Shown: positions 17,773 to 28,008, counted from the stretch's first letter. The stretch is 64,000 nucleotides of DNA from Candidatus Buchananbacteria bacterium (GCA_030650095.1 JAUSEE010000036.1:6490-70489); one strand, 5' to 3'. Notes: generated by a model not told the origin, from the sequence alone. Translations and numbers: made by a program.

Positions 17773-19524
17773 TTATGATTCGCTCATCCTTAAGTCAATC
17801 ACTTTTAATTGCAATTCCTTGTGGCCATTCCACTCGTTTACGCCTATTTCAAAAACCACATCTATTTTGTCGCCGACATTCAATTTGGCGCACCAATCAC
17901 CAAAGGAAAAGCCGATTATCTTATGAATGACGGGATGATTAACTTGGCTAACCATGGCTCGCAAATGCTGGCCGTCGCCGCCCACTGTTTGGACCTGCTC
18001 GATATTCAAATTTTTAACCAAAAAAAGAGGGTTATTATTGCCTTCGCCAAAGGGTTCAAATTTTTCTAATTTATGGTAAAAATACCAATTGATGTCGGCT
18101 AACTCTATTTCTGCCTCGATTTTTAAAACCTTTCTTAAATCCAAATCTTTCAGGGCGCGGCTAGCAATCGCGCTTATTTTTTCCTTAAAGCCAAGCAAAT
18201 TGTCTTGGCCCAAAATAGTAAAACCGCAAGCTTGAGGATGTCCGCCGAATTTGTCCAAATATTCTTCACACTCATTAAGCGCGCTAGTGATGTCAAAACC
18301 TTCCACGCTTCGGCCCGAACCGATATATTTTATCGCCCCAGCTGAAACATCTTGATCACTGCTTTGGGAAATCACTATGGCCGGCAAATTGTATTTATCA
18401 CTTATTCGCCCGGCTACCAAGCCCACAACTCCGGGATGCCAATTCTGGCCGATCGCCATTAACAATTTCTTTTCCTTTACCTCGCCTATTTCATTTTCCA
18501 CTTCCTTAAGCATGCTGGCGGTTATGGATTGGCGTTTGGTATTCTCATCTTCTAATTGTTTCACTAGTCGATCTGATTCTTCAGCGTTTTCGGAAATTAA
18601 AAGTTCAAAAGCCAAGGAAGCGTGATTAATACGGCCAGCCGCATTGATCCTGGGCACTAAGCGCCAACCGATATATTGGGTATCCAGCTTGCCGCTGTAA
18701 TGATTAACTTTCTCAACTATTTTCATAATGCCGGCTCTTCTGGTTTTATCTAAAACTATCAAGCCGTATTTAACAAAAATCCTGTTTTCTCCAATAAGGG
18801 GCATAATATCGCCCACTGTGGCAATAGCCAAGAGATCTAAGAGCCATTTGTCAAAGCCAATGGGAATTTTATTAGCTAAGGCAAATTCAGCCTGTTTTTT
18901 AATCAGCCCTTGGACAACTTTAAAAGCTACGCCCGCCCCGCACAGCTTCTTAAAAGGATAATTAGAATCTTTAAGAGAAGGATTTATTATGGCCAGAGCG
19001 CCAAGGGGCAATTCGTCCGGCTCCTTATGGTGATCGGTCACAATCACCTCAACCTTATTGTCTTTAAAAAAGGCCACTTCATCTTTGTTGGATATGCCGC
19101 AATCAACCGTTATCACTAATTTATAACCGCCATCAATTATTTCCTTGGCCGCCGTCATATTAAGGCCGTAGCCCTCACCTTCCCTGAAGGGTATCCTGAT
19201 ACTGACTTGCGCTCCTAATTTTTTAAGCGCGCTGTATAAAATGGCGGTGGAACAAACGCCATCGGCGTCATAATCGCCATAAATCATTATCAGCTCATTA
19301 TTTTTAACCGCTTGCAAAATCCTCTCTACCGCCTTGGCCATATCATTAAATAAGAAAGGATCCAAAATCTGACTGTCATAATCGGGGTTTAAAAAATCAT
19401 TGATTGATTTGGCATCGTCAAATCCCCGGTTATGCAGCAATTGTAAAATTATCCTATTTTCTTCCGGCACACCTTTGATGGCACCGCTCTCTATAGGACT
19501 GGTAACCTGCCATTTTTTAGGCAT
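17773..19524 (-). CDS. recJ: Single-stranded-DNA-specific exonuclease RecJ (DHH/DHHA1)
   Basis: DHH motifs (…IMIYGDYDADGVCSTAIL…, ITVDCGISN, VIVTDHH) and DHHA1 (GGHPQACGF). Confidence 0.85.
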   Translation of the reverse strand: MPKKWQVTSPIESGAIKGVPEENRIILQLLHNRGFDDAKSINDFLNPDYDSQILDPFLFNDMAKAVERILQAVKNNELIMIYGDYDADGVCSTAILYSALKKLGAQVSIRIPFREGEGYGLNMTAAKEIIDGGYKLVITVDCGISNKDEVAFFKDNKVEVIVTDHHKEPDELPLGALAIINPSLKDSNYPFKKLCGAGVAFKVVQGLIKKQAEFALANKIPIGFDKWLLDLLAIATVGDIMPLIGENRIFVKYGLIVLDKTRRAGIMKIVEKVNHYSGKLDTQYIGWRLVPRINAAGRINHASLAFELLISENAEESDRLVKQLEDENTKRQSITASMLKEVENEIGEVKEKKLLMAIGQNWHPGVVGLVAGRISDKYNLPAIVISQSSDQDVSAGAIKYIGSGRSVEGFDITSALNECEEYLDKFGGHPQACGFTILGQDNLLGFKEKISAIASRALKDLDLRKVLKIEAEIELADINWYFYHKLEKFEPFGEGNNNPLFLVKNLNIEQVQTVGGDGQHLRAMVSQVNHPVIHKIIGFSFGDWCAKLNVGDKIDVVFEIGVNEWNGHKELQLKVIDLRMSES

Positions 19525-19589
19525 TTATATAAACTAAATAATTAATAATGCGTTAAATACAGATTGTATTTTACCAAAAACCGGCTTGA

Positions 19590-19618
19590 TTGACAATTGC
19601 CGATATTTTTATTACTAT
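19590..19618 (+). promoter_or_regulatory. Sigma70-like promoter TTGACA-N17-TACTAT
   Basis: ttgacaattgccgatatttttattactat. The predicted transcription start is a few nt before the ATG at 19630, so the small ORF would be nearly leaderless. Confidence 0.35.
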
Positions 19619-19629
19619 TGATAGTGTTA

Positions 19630-19725
19630 TGAAGAAACAAAAATTGCAAAAACTTATTTGGACAATCATAGTTATTATCATGATTTTATCAATGGTAATA
19701 TTCACTTTCGTTCCTTTATTTTAAA
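19630..19725 (+). CDS. Possible 31-aa hydrophobic peptide (MKKQKLQKLIWTIIVIIMILSMVIFTFVPLF)
   Basis: Immediately downstream of the predicted promoter. No Shine-Dalgarno sequence, so it may be leaderless. Single TM helix. Confidence 0.25.
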
Positions 19726-19749
19726 CGCCATCATAAAAGGAGCTAGGCC

Positions 19750-20082
19750 ATGGAAAATGACAAAAGGCAAAAACTGGAAATTGCCACGCTTAAAAGGCAA
19801 CTAAAGCGCGCCCAGCGGCACATTAAGAAATTAGAAAACATAGCCCGAATCAGGAAACAGGCTTATATAGATATCCGCGATGATGTTTCTCATGTTTGTG
19901 GGGAGTGGCTGGAATGTTTGTCTATTTTAGGCAAAAATTGGCGATCAAGATTCTTGGCTCAAAAGGCCTGGTTTGATTACAGTATGGATATTTTTCCAGT
20001 ATCACCAGAAGATCTAATGGACAAAATGAAGCAAAGCCGGCTCTTTGAAAACGGCGAAATACCCAAAATAAAAAACCTCTAG
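19750..20082 (+). CDS. Hypothetical basic protein (110 aa)
   Basis: Shine-Dalgarno sequence aaaggagctaggccATG. Product has no known motif (MENDKRQKLEIATLKRQLKRAQRHIKK…). Confidence 0.5.
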   Translation: MENDKRQKLEIATLKRQLKRAQRHIKKLENIARIRKQAYIDIRDDVSHVCGEWLECLSILGKNWRSRFLAQKAWFDYSMDIFPVSPEDLMDKMKQSRLFENGEIPKIKNL

Positions 20083-20115
20083 ATGATATCTGGGGGTTTT
20101 ATATTTTACTTATAT

Positions 20116-21903
20116 TTATTTTTTTAAGACCGCCAAGAAAGCATCTGAGGGTATATCCACTTTGCCAATATTCATCATTTTCTTTTTGCCTTTTTTCTGT
20201 TTCTCCAACAGTTTTTGCCTTCGGCTCCAATCTCCGCCATAAAGCTTGGCTGTAACATCTTTCTTTAAAGCCGATATCCTCTCGGCCGCAATTATCTTGC
20301 CATTTATGGCTGCCTGTATTTTAATCACAAACTGCTGTTTGTTTAATTCGTTCTTTAAAATATTCACTATCCTCTTGCCCACTTCGTTAGCGGAGTCCCT
20401 GTAGGTTATAAGGGAAAGCGCTTCTATTTTTTCTTCGGCTACCAGTATGTCCATTTTTACCACCTCGGCTTTTTGATAGCCGTAAAAATCATAATTCAAG
20501 CTGGCATAACCGGAAGAAACCGATTTTAACTTATCATAGAAGTCAACTATCAATTGGGTTAGGGGCACGTAGTAATGCAAAATGGCCACCTCCTGATCCA
20601 AGTATTCGGTATTGATGTAGGTCCCTCTTTTTTCCGTGGTCATTTGCATAATGCCGCCTAAATAATTTTTGGGCGTAAAAATATCAACCTGCATAATCGG
20701 CTCTTCCACATAATCTATGAAAGTCGGATCCGGAAATTCAACCGGATTATAAATAATTTTATGACTGCCGTCCTTATAAAAAACATTATAAGCCACACTG
20801 GGCGTGGTCACGATTAAATCCAGGTCGAACTCGCGGTTTAATCTTTCTTGGAAAATTTCCAAATGGAGCAGACCCAAGAAACCGCATCTAAAACCAAAAC
20901 CCAAGGCCTGGGAATTTTCCGGCTCGTACATGAGGGAGGCGTCGTTGAGTTTTAATTTTTCTATCGCCTCACGCAACTTGGAATAATCGCTGCCATCCTT
21001 ACAAAAAACCCCCGCAAAAACCATCGGCTTCACTTCTTGAAAACCAGGCAAAAGCTCTACCTGAGAACCTGATAAAGTAATGGTGTCGCCCACCTTCACT
21101 TGAGATACATCCCTTAGGCCTGTCACCACATAGCCTATTTCCCCTGTTTCCAATTTACCGCTCTTAACATACTGGGGCGAAAAATAACCGACTTCAATCA
21201 CATTGGCTAATTTTTTATTGGAAACAAATTTTATCTCCTGGCCGGTTTTAATCTCGCCTTCGAAAACCCGGATATAAGCGATCACACCTTTGTACTCATC
21301 ATAAGTGGAATCAAAAATAAGCGCCCGCAGATCTTTCCTCTCGGGCCACAAGTGCGGAGCCGGAACCTTTAAAATAACCGCCTTCAAAACTTCGGCCACG
21401 CCTTCGCCGGTTTTGGCTGAAACTTTATAAATTTCATCCTCCTTGCAACCCAAGATGCCCACGATTTCCCGGGCTACTTTTTCCACCTGCGAATTGGGCA
21501 AGTCTATCTTGTTGATTACCGGTATGATTTCTAAATTTTGATCCAAAGCCAAATACAAGTTAGCCAAGGTTTGCGCTTGTATGCCTTGAGTGGCATCAAC
21601 GAGTAGTATGGCCCCTTCCACCGACATCAAACTGCGCGAAACTTCATAGGTAAAATCAACATGGCCGGGAGTGTCGATTAAGTTTAATTCATAACCTTCA
21701 TAATTCATCTTAACCGGCTGCAATTTTATAGTGATGCCTCTTTCCTGCTCGATATCCATTTGATCCAAAATCTGGGCTTTCATATGCCTCTTATCAACTG
21801 TTCCGGTTATTTCCAACATGCGATCGGCTAAAGTGGATTTGCCATGATCAATGTGGGCAATAATGCAGAAATTTCTTATTTTTTCCTTATTTAATGCTGG
21901 CAT
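20116..21903 (-). CDS. lepA: Elongation factor 4 (LepA)
   Basis: N-terminus IRNFCIIAHIDHGKSTLADRMLE, GTPase motifs (DTPGHVDF, NKID) and the LepA-specific C-terminal domain. Confidence 0.9.
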   Translation of the reverse strand: MPALNKEKIRNFCIIAHIDHGKSTLADRMLEITGTVDKRHMKAQILDQMDIEQERGITIKLQPVKMNYEGYELNLIDTPGHVDFTYEVSRSLMSVEGAILLVDATQGIQAQTLANLYLALDQNLEIIPVINKIDLPNSQVEKVAREIVGILGCKEDEIYKVSAKTGEGVAEVLKAVILKVPAPHLWPERKDLRALIFDSTYDEYKGVIAYIRVFEGEIKTGQEIKFVSNKKLANVIEVGYFSPQYVKSGKLETGEIGYVVTGLRDVSQVKVGDTITLSGSQVELLPGFQEVKPMVFAGVFCKDGSDYSKLREAIEKLKLNDASLMYEPENSQALGFGFRCGFLGLLHLEIFQERLNREFDLDLIVTTPSVAYNVFYKDGSHKIIYNPVEFPDPTFIDYVEEPIMQVDIFTPKNYLGGIMQMTTEKRGTYINTEYLDQEVAILHYYVPLTQLIVDFYDKLKSVSSGYASLNYDFYGYQKAEVVKMDILVAEEKIEALSLITYRDSANEVGKRIVNILKNELNKQQFVIKIQAAINGKIIAAERISALKKDVTAKLYGGDWSRRQKLLEKQKKGKKKMMNIGKVDIPSDAFLAVLKK

Positions 21904-22014
21904 AAAATTAAATCGTTAGGCTACATCATAACAGGAAAAACTTTTAAAATCAAGGAGTTAGGCTATGCTTTTTAAGCTGATAAATAAACACTTCCTTTAA
22001 TCAGAAACATTTAA

Positions 22015-23715
22015 TTAAGCTCCAGTTCCCTCTTGACTGGTGTCCTCGATAACTTTGACATTCTTAAATAATTTACGTTGCAAAGAAGCCATAAATATAG
22101 CCATCTCTTCCATATGAAGCAGATAACCCAAAAGCCAATAACCCAAGAGGCCGACGCTGCCAGCCACAAATCCTTGCAAGAAAATGCCTAAAAAAGTTTC
22201 TGTCATCACAAATAGATCCAGGAGTTGCAAACAGTAGTAGGCGAAAAGCCCGGCGCCCAGAGACGAAAAGATTATCCTAATAGATGAATCCAGCATTTTA
22301 CGCCCGTCCAACCGGCCGATTTTTTTTCTAAGAGCCAGCATTAAAATAAACAAATTGAAAACAGCCGAAACAGAAATAGCCAGTGGCATAGCCAGCACTC
22401 GCAAATCAGTGGCATGCCAGAGATCGGGCACTTTTAAAATGGCGACCGTAAAAAAAGAAAACCAATTATCAAAACTAAAAACCCAGGCAAAGAAAAACAG
22501 GCAGCCCAAATTAACCAGCAAATCAATCAAACCGATGAAAAATGGCGTTTTGGTATTATGCAAAGCATAAAAGCCTCTGATAATAAGAGGCAAGGCGCCT
22601 TGAGCGAACAGGCTCAAAGCGAAGATAGCCAAAACAGCCGCTGTTAACCTGGTATCAATCCAACTAAACTCGCCGCTGCCCAAAATAACACGCACCACTT
22701 GGGCCCGCAAAACATAAAGCAGAATAGAAATCGGCACGGTAAAAAATAATATCTGCCTGAAGGTGGAAGAAAGAGTGGCCACAAAATCATCAATTTTTTT
22801 GCCGGCCGCCAAAGACGACAAAACCGGTAGAGCAGCTACGGCAAAAGAAACGCCAAAAATTCCCAAAGGAAAACTTTGCAAATTATTAGCCAAATTGTAG
22901 ATGGCCAAAGAACCGGCCATCAAGGTGGAAGCGAAAATAGTGGTAATCAAAAAATTAACCTGATTGATAACCAAGGTTAGGGTTCTAGGGATCATTAACT
23001 TTCCCACCTTTCTGACATTTTTATTTCTAAAGCCGAAAACTAATTTATATCTGTAACCGGTAAAGAAAGTGGCTGGCAACTGGATAATCATATGCATAAA
23101 AGAACCCAAAACCACGCCCCAGGCCAAACCGTAAATGCCAAAATAAGGCACCAGATACAAAGCGCCAACGATTATGCCAACATTGTAGAATACCGGCGCC
23201 AATGAATAAATAAAAAATCTTTTATACGATTGCAGAATTGAACTTAAAATAGCCGATAGTCCCAAGAAAATCGGAGACAAAAACATTATTTTGGACAATT
23301 TTATCACCACGGCCATTTTTTCCGGAGAAAAGCCGGGAGTTATCAGGGGCATCAGATAAGGAGCGCTAAAAAATAAAATAACGCAAACTGTTATGATAGC
23401 TACAAAAGCAATGTTTAAAATGCTATTGATAAAATGCCAGGCTTCTTTTTTATGGTCGAATTTTTTATCCAAAAGAGCCGTAAAAACCGGAATGACGCCG
23501 GCCGAAATCGCTCCTAAAATCAAAAGGTTGTAAACCAAATCAGGCAAACGAAAAGCGGCATAGTAAGCGTCCAGCACATCGCCGGCGCCGAATTGGGAAG
23601 CTAAAACCCTGTCCCTGAACACTCCCAAAAACCGGCTAACCAAAGACAAGGCACCGATAATAATGGCCGCTGAAGTGATTGTTTTAGCTTGTGAATTTAT
23701 TAATTTTTTAAACAC
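22015..23715 (-). CDS. murJ: Lipid II flippase MurJ (MviN)
   Basis: 566 aa, polytopic. N-terminus …RFLGVFRDRVLASQFGAGDVLDAYYAAFRLPDLVYNLL… is the canonical MurJ motif. Confidence 0.85.
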   Translation of the reverse strand: MFKKLINSQAKTITSAAIIIGALSLVSRFLGVFRDRVLASQFGAGDVLDAYYAAFRLPDLVYNLLILGAISAGVIPVFTALLDKKFDHKKEAWHFINSILNIAFVAIITVCVILFFSAPYLMPLITPGFSPEKMAVVIKLSKIMFLSPIFLGLSAILSSILQSYKRFFIYSLAPVFYNVGIIVGALYLVPYFGIYGLAWGVVLGSFMHMIIQLPATFFTGYRYKLVFGFRNKNVRKVGKLMIPRTLTLVINQVNFLITTIFASTLMAGSLAIYNLANNLQSFPLGIFGVSFAVAALPVLSSLAAGKKIDDFVATLSSTFRQILFFTVPISILLYVLRAQVVRVILGSGEFSWIDTRLTAAVLAIFALSLFAQGALPLIIRGFYALHNTKTPFFIGLIDLLVNLGCLFFFAWVFSFDNWFSFFTVAILKVPDLWHATDLRVLAMPLAISVSAVFNLFILMLALRKKIGRLDGRKMLDSSIRIIFSSLGAGLFAYYCLQLLDLFVMTETFLGIFLQGFVAGSVGLLGYWLLGYLLHMEEMAIFMASLQRKLFKNVKVIEDTSQEGTGA

Positions 23716-23784
23716 TTGACAAATTAGTTTATTTATTGTAGCATCTTGATATCAGCATTGAACATTCAACAAGAGGAGAAAATA

Positions 23785-24003
23785 ATGAAACGCGATTACT
23801 TTACTGATATCATATTATTATTTTTTATATCTACAACATCTTTGATATTATGCGGCATATCTGGCTCACCATTTTGGGGTGTGATAAGTATTGGTTTTTT
23901 GATTATCGGCATTAAATATGATGAGCTATATAAAAATAAAGAGTTACTTAAAAAGCTGGAAGAACTCAAAGCTATATTAGAAAAGAATCAGACACCACAA
24001 TAA
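23785..24003 (+). CDS. Small membrane protein (72 aa) with a C-terminal coiled tail
   Basis: Shine-Dalgarno sequence agaggagaaaataATG. Two TM helices. The supplied ORF begins at the earlier Met at 23746. Confidence 0.45.
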   Translation: MKRDYFTDIILLFFISTTSLILCGISGSPFWGVISIGFLIIGIKYDELYKNKELLKKLEELKAILEKNQTPQ

Positions 24004-24021
24004 CTCCAGTTGGAGTTATTT

Positions 24022-25164
24022 TTATTTTCCGCTGATTTCACTGGCGATCATCAGCTCTTCATTAGCTTCCACCACCACTGATTTAAAAGAACCTAAAAAT
24101 TTAATTTGCTTTAGAATCATTTCCCTGACAACCGGGCTCCTCTCCCCTATGCCGCCACTGAAAGTAATCAAATCAACTCCGCCCAAAGAAGCAGACAATC
24201 GGCCGATCTGGCCAACGATGCTATAAATAAACATAGCCAGCGCCAATTTAGAATCGGCTTTTTGCTTAGCAGTAAAATTTTTAGGCGCCTTGTAGCCTAA
24301 AACCTTTTTACCGCTGGCTGATAAAATCTCGCGCATATCGGTGGTGCCGGCCAGTCCCAAAAGGCCTGATTTTTTATTGAGCAAATCGTTTATTTCACTG
24401 CTTTTCATTTTGAGTTCATCAATCATATAAAGCGGTATGTAGGCATCCAAATCACCGGCCCTGGTGGACATGATCAAACCGCTTAGCGGCGTAAAGCCCA
24501 TAGTGGTATCAATGGCCTCTCCATTTTTGGTAGCCGTCAGGCTGGAGCCGCTGCCTAAATGGCAAGTGATTATTTTAGCTTGGCTTATTTTTAGCTTGGC
24601 TTTTTTAGCGCCAAGAATAGCTGAATATTTGTGCGACAAGCCGTGGAAGCCGTATCTTCTGATGCCTAAATTATAAAATTTTTCCGGCAGGGCGTAACGC
24701 TTGGCATAATCAGGCAAGGTGTAGTAATAAGCCGTATCAAAAACGGCCCAGTGTTTGGCTTGGGGCAAAAGCTTTAAAGCAGCCGAAGCGCAAGACAGGT
24801 TGATCGGATTGTGCAGGGGCGCCAATTTATTATACTGCTCTAATTTATTAATGGTATTTTTATCCAACTTAAGCGGCTTTTGAAAAACACCACCGCCATG
24901 CACCACCCGATGACCGACTAATTTTATCTCCGGCAAAATAGCGCTAAGATTATCAGTAACCTCTTTGAGAGCCAAGCTGTGATTTTTAATACCTCTTGGA
25001 TATTTTTTAATAGCTTCTCCTTGGACTGATTTAACCACTAAGAAAGAATCCCTCAAACCGATGCGTTCCACAATGCCGTTTATTTCTTGAGATAAATCCA
25101 AAGCCGAAAAAACCTTGAACTTCAAGGTGGCGCTGCCGGAGTTGATAATCAATATTTTGTCCAT
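24022..25164 (-). CDS. ackA: Acetate (short-chain acyl) kinase
   Basis: Acetokinase family motifs: LIINSGSATLKFKVF, VVHGGGVF, and the C-terminal sugar-kinase/Hsp70/actin-type fold motifs. Confidence 0.85.
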   Translation of the reverse strand: MDKILIINSGSATLKFKVFSALDLSQEINGIVERIGLRDSFLVVKSVQGEAIKKYPRGIKNHSLALKEVTDNLSAILPEIKLVGHRVVHGGGVFQKPLKLDKNTINKLEQYNKLAPLHNPINLSCASAALKLLPQAKHWAVFDTAYYYTLPDYAKRYALPEKFYNLGIRRYGFHGLSHKYSAILGAKKAKLKISQAKIITCHLGSGSSLTATKNGEAIDTTMGFTPLSGLIMSTRAGDLDAYIPLYMIDELKMKSSEINDLLNKKSGLLGLAGTTDMREILSASGKKVLGYKAPKNFTAKQKADSKLALAMFIYSIVGQIGRLSASLGGVDLITFSGGIGERSPVVREMILKQIKFLGSFKSVVVEANEELMIASEISGK

Positions 25165-25252
25165 TTTTTCAGTTTAGCTTAATTTAGACTGAACGATTAA
25201 AACTATAATAACAGCTACGACGATTACCGCCACGAAAAAATAAAGCATATTT

Positions 25253-25828
25253 TTATTTATTAATTAAATCGCCAAAGCCGCAAACTCCGCCCAAGAGTGA
25301 AGCGTTGCCTTCATCTGTGTCCAAATGAAGCGACAAATCAAAATTATCATCTATCCTCACGGCGATATTATGGAAAGTCAGGCTTCTTTCGCCAATAGTT
25401 TTAACTGATAGCAATTGGCCGTTTTTTAGATTTAACTTCTTGGCCTGCTTGGGGTTGCAATGCAGATGGCGCTGGGCGATAATTATGCCTTCTTTGATTT
25501 TTATTTCGCCTTTCGGACCGATAAGCGTTCCAGAGATAGAACCAGCCACATTACCGGAGAGCCGGACCGGCGGATTTATTTTTAATTTTCTGGCATCGGT
25601 TACAGAAATTTCCACCTGGGTTTTTTCCCTTAACGGACCGATTACCCTAATTTTATCTATCTGCCCGCCTTTAGTTTTAACGGTAACCGTGTCGCTGGAA
25701 GCGAATTCGCCGTGCTGGGACAGATTTTTTAAGGGTTTAAGTTTGTAACCCAATCCAAAAAGGCTCTCTAAATCTTTTAAAGAGAGATGAAGATGGCGAG
25801 CTGAAACTTCTATTCTTACTTTGGACAT
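25253..25828 (-). CDS. pduL: PduL-type phosphotransacylase (phosphate acyltransferase)
   Basis: Two repeated PduL half-domains with a SARHLHLS-type motif and a second His-containing repeat (IAQRHLHCN). Adjacent to ackA. Confidence 0.7.
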   Translation of the reverse strand: MSKVRIEVSARHLHLSLKDLESLFGLGYKLKPLKNLSQHGEFASSDTVTVKTKGGQIDKIRVIGPLREKTQVEISVTDARKLKINPPVRLSGNVAGSISGTLIGPKGEIKIKEGIIIAQRHLHCNPKQAKKLNLKNGQLLSVKTIGERSLTFHNIAVRIDDNFDLSLHLDTDEGNASLLGGVCGFGDLINK

Positions 25829-25835
25829 AAATAAA

Positions 25836-25872
25836 GGGATCCCTCCAGGCGCTCTCGCTTAGTCGGGATGAC
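25836..25872. repeat. Half-copy of the GTCATCCCGAG/CTCGGGATGAC palindromic repeat
   Basis: gggatccctccaggcgctctcgcttagtcgggatgac. Compare the copies at 44181, 44664 and 55928. Confidence 0.55.
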
Positions 25873-25959
25873 AATATAAAATTATGTTGTCATTTTATCA
25901 TTTTTAAAGAAATAAAAAAAGCCCTACTTGCGCAGGGCTGGTTGTTTTTGGTTTAATGT

Positions 25960-26730
25960 TTAATATTCAAAACCAATGTTTATATCGACGACGCCGCCGG
26001 CAAACGGTATGGGAAACAAGCCGTCGACAGCATCGAAAATATCAAAGTTCAAATCAGTGGAATAAGTTACTCCATCCAGATCGGTTAGATCCATATAGGA
26101 GGTAAAGCCGTCAAAATTTATAGGCAGCCAAGCGGAGAAATTAAGCGCTACCCCGGATTTCACATAGGAAATAAAATAGTTTGATCCATCACCAGTTACG
26201 ATAACCGCATCGCCGGTGTTTCCCCAATTGCCGGGAAAATCGGAAATTTGGAATTCAAACAGGTAGAGATCAACCAACCCAAACAGGATGTTCAAATCGG
26301 TTGTCTGGCCGGATAAAACTACCAACAGAAGCTGGTCCACAAACAATCTCTTATCCCCGCTGTCATAAGCTTCTGTATAGATGCTGTAGTGGGCCGGAAT
26401 AATAGAGAGCTGGCTATAGTAGTTGCCGGCGCTATCAATCTCTACCACAAACGGATCGGGGTAACTATTGGTCTGACTGGGCGGCACGGATGTGTCTTCG
26501 CCAAACCAGATCTTGATGTAATCAATTTTGGTCTTAAGCAAATCACCGATTTGCGTCTGAGTGAGAAGTTTGGAAGAATCAAAAATGTTTCCAGAGATAA
26601 CAACTTGGCCGAGTGTCTGCGGATTTGGTGGTTCGCCTTCCGGCGGACTACTTATATCCGCCGGAGGACAACCCACTGTAATTAAAGCCACGAAAATAGC
26701 CAAAATTAAGTAAGTCATCCTCTTTTTCAT
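25960..26730 (-). CDS. Lipoprotein (signal peptide plus lipobox VGC), paralog of 28009-28890
   Basis: MKKRMTYLILAIFVALITVGCPP… Shares blocks (FSAWLPINFDGF / FSAYLPIDFSGS; C-terminal …DINIGFEY / …DVDIDFQVY) with the ORF at 28009. Confidence 0.6.
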   Translation of the reverse strand: MKKRMTYLILAIFVALITVGCPPADISSPPEGEPPNPQTLGQVVISGNIFDSSKLLTQTQIGDLLKTKIDYIKIWFGEDTSVPPSQTNSYPDPFVVEIDSAGNYYSQLSIIPAHYSIYTEAYDSGDKRLFVDQLLLVVLSGQTTDLNILFGLVDLYLFEFQISDFPGNWGNTGDAVIVTGDGSNYFISYVKSGVALNFSAWLPINFDGFTSYMDLTDLDGVTYSTDLNFDIFDAVDGLFPIPFAGGVVDINIGFEY

Positions 26731-26748
26731 CTGTCTTCTCCTTTTTCT

Positions 26749-26964
26749 TTAAGGTTTCTGAACTGGTTTCTTGCTTTTTGATTTACTTCTAATAGCCAAG
26801 TAAGCGATGATAGCGCCAAAAGCGATATAACTAGTCTTATGAACCAATTGAGCTAAAAAGCTAGTACCATTATAAATATTAATGCCAATGGCCACATCGA
26901 TAATCTCCAAGAATAGTGAGCCAGCTAATACTCCAAATATACAGACAAAATAGCTTTTCATCAT
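26749..26964 (-). CDS. Small membrane protein (71 aa), paralog of 29173-29370
   Basis: …SLFLEIIDVAIGINIYNGTSFLAQLVHKTSYIAFGAIIAYL… aligns with …SLVTIDLLLGVDFNGTSGFAQCFHNLGFFLWGALASSLLL…. Confidence 0.55.
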   Translation of the reverse strand: MMKSYFVCIFGVLAGSLFLEIIDVAIGINIYNGTSFLAQLVHKTSYIAFGAIIAYLAIRSKSKSKKPVQKP

Positions 26965-27112
26965 TTCCTCCTTATTCTTTCTCCTCTGATTTTAAGTTGT
27001 AAACGAACAACTCAACACTTGATAATATCACACTTTACTAGTATTGTCAATAGGTAAATTTTAAGTAAACTAAGGAATAAAAAAGCCTGAATTTTTTAGA
27101 TTCAAGCCGAGT

Positions 27113-27658
27113 TTAATGAGCTAAACCAAGAAATGCCCTAACTAGTGTTTTCATTTTATCCGGCGGTGGCAAAACTGCCCTTTCGATTTCCATACAATAG
27201 CCGTATTCTATAATCTGGAAAAAAACAGCCACGATTTTGCCAGCCAGTTCATCAATATTTGAGCCGTAGTATTCAATGATGGAATTGCAAATCCTAAGCA
27301 TGGCATTAACCTTGCCATCCTCGCAAGACCGAAAATCGGTGCGCACGCCCACGACAATCTTGCGCCTATTTTTTCCCTTGCGATAACCTATTTCTATGCA
27401 AGTTCCAGAATCAACATCAGCGCCGTCTAAAATAGCCAGGGCTAAATCATGTTTTTCGGCATTAACCAAATTGTGGCGATACAAAGCTTCAAAATCAAGC
27501 CCAGTCTTAGCTTTAAACTTTTCACCCTCTTCTTGGGGTAAAATAACTCTTAGAAATCCCTGGCTTTTTTTCCTGATGGCCTCGGCTAAATTTAAATTAA
27601 ATTGCCTTTCCGCCAAAGAAAAAAGCGGGCCAAATATTATCACCGACAAAGAATACAT
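27113..27658 (-). CDS. Nucleoside 2-deoxyribosyltransferase-like protein
   Basis: The motif LAILDGADVDSGTCIEIGY matches the NDT family (DxxDsGTafEiGY). Confidence 0.55.
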   Translation of the reverse strand: MYSLSVIIFGPLFSLAERQFNLNLAEAIRKKSQGFLRVILPQEEGEKFKAKTGLDFEALYRHNLVNAEKHDLALAILDGADVDSGTCIEIGYRKGKNRRKIVVGVRTDFRSCEDGKVNAMLRICNSIIEYYGSNIDELAGKIVAVFFQIIEYGYCMEIERAVLPPPDKMKTLVRAFLGLAH

Positions 27659-27755
27659 AAGTCTTCTCCTTTTGGTTGTTTTCTAAAGTGCTAGCTTATA
27701 TTTATACCAGTGGAGCAAATTTGTCAATTGGATTAAATAAACCATTATACCATTA

Positions 27756-27990
27756 TGTCATTGCAATCCGCCCTGGGCCGCAATGACAAATTACTCCTCC
27801 CCTTGGAAAGGGGAGGCCGGGGAGGGGTTTTTGAGGCATCAGTATAAACCTCCCCCTAACCCCTCCCTGCCTACCGGTAGCACGCCGCCAGAGGCTATGG
27901 CCGACGGAGCGCAGGCAGGCTTGACCAGGAGGGGAAAATAAAAAATAAAAAAACCCGCAAGTGCATCTCTGCAATTGCGGGGGGTAATTT
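27756..27990. other. GC-rich structured non-coding segment (hairpins gtcattgcaatccgccctgggccgcaatgac, ctcctccccttggaaaggggagg and cccgcaagtgcatctctgcaattgcggg)
   Basis: No convincing ORF. The local GC is much higher than the flanks. Begins with a GTCATTGC…GCAATGAC hairpin related to the repeat family. Confidence 0.35.
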
Positions 27991-28008
27991 AATCAAAAAG
28001 AACTAATT

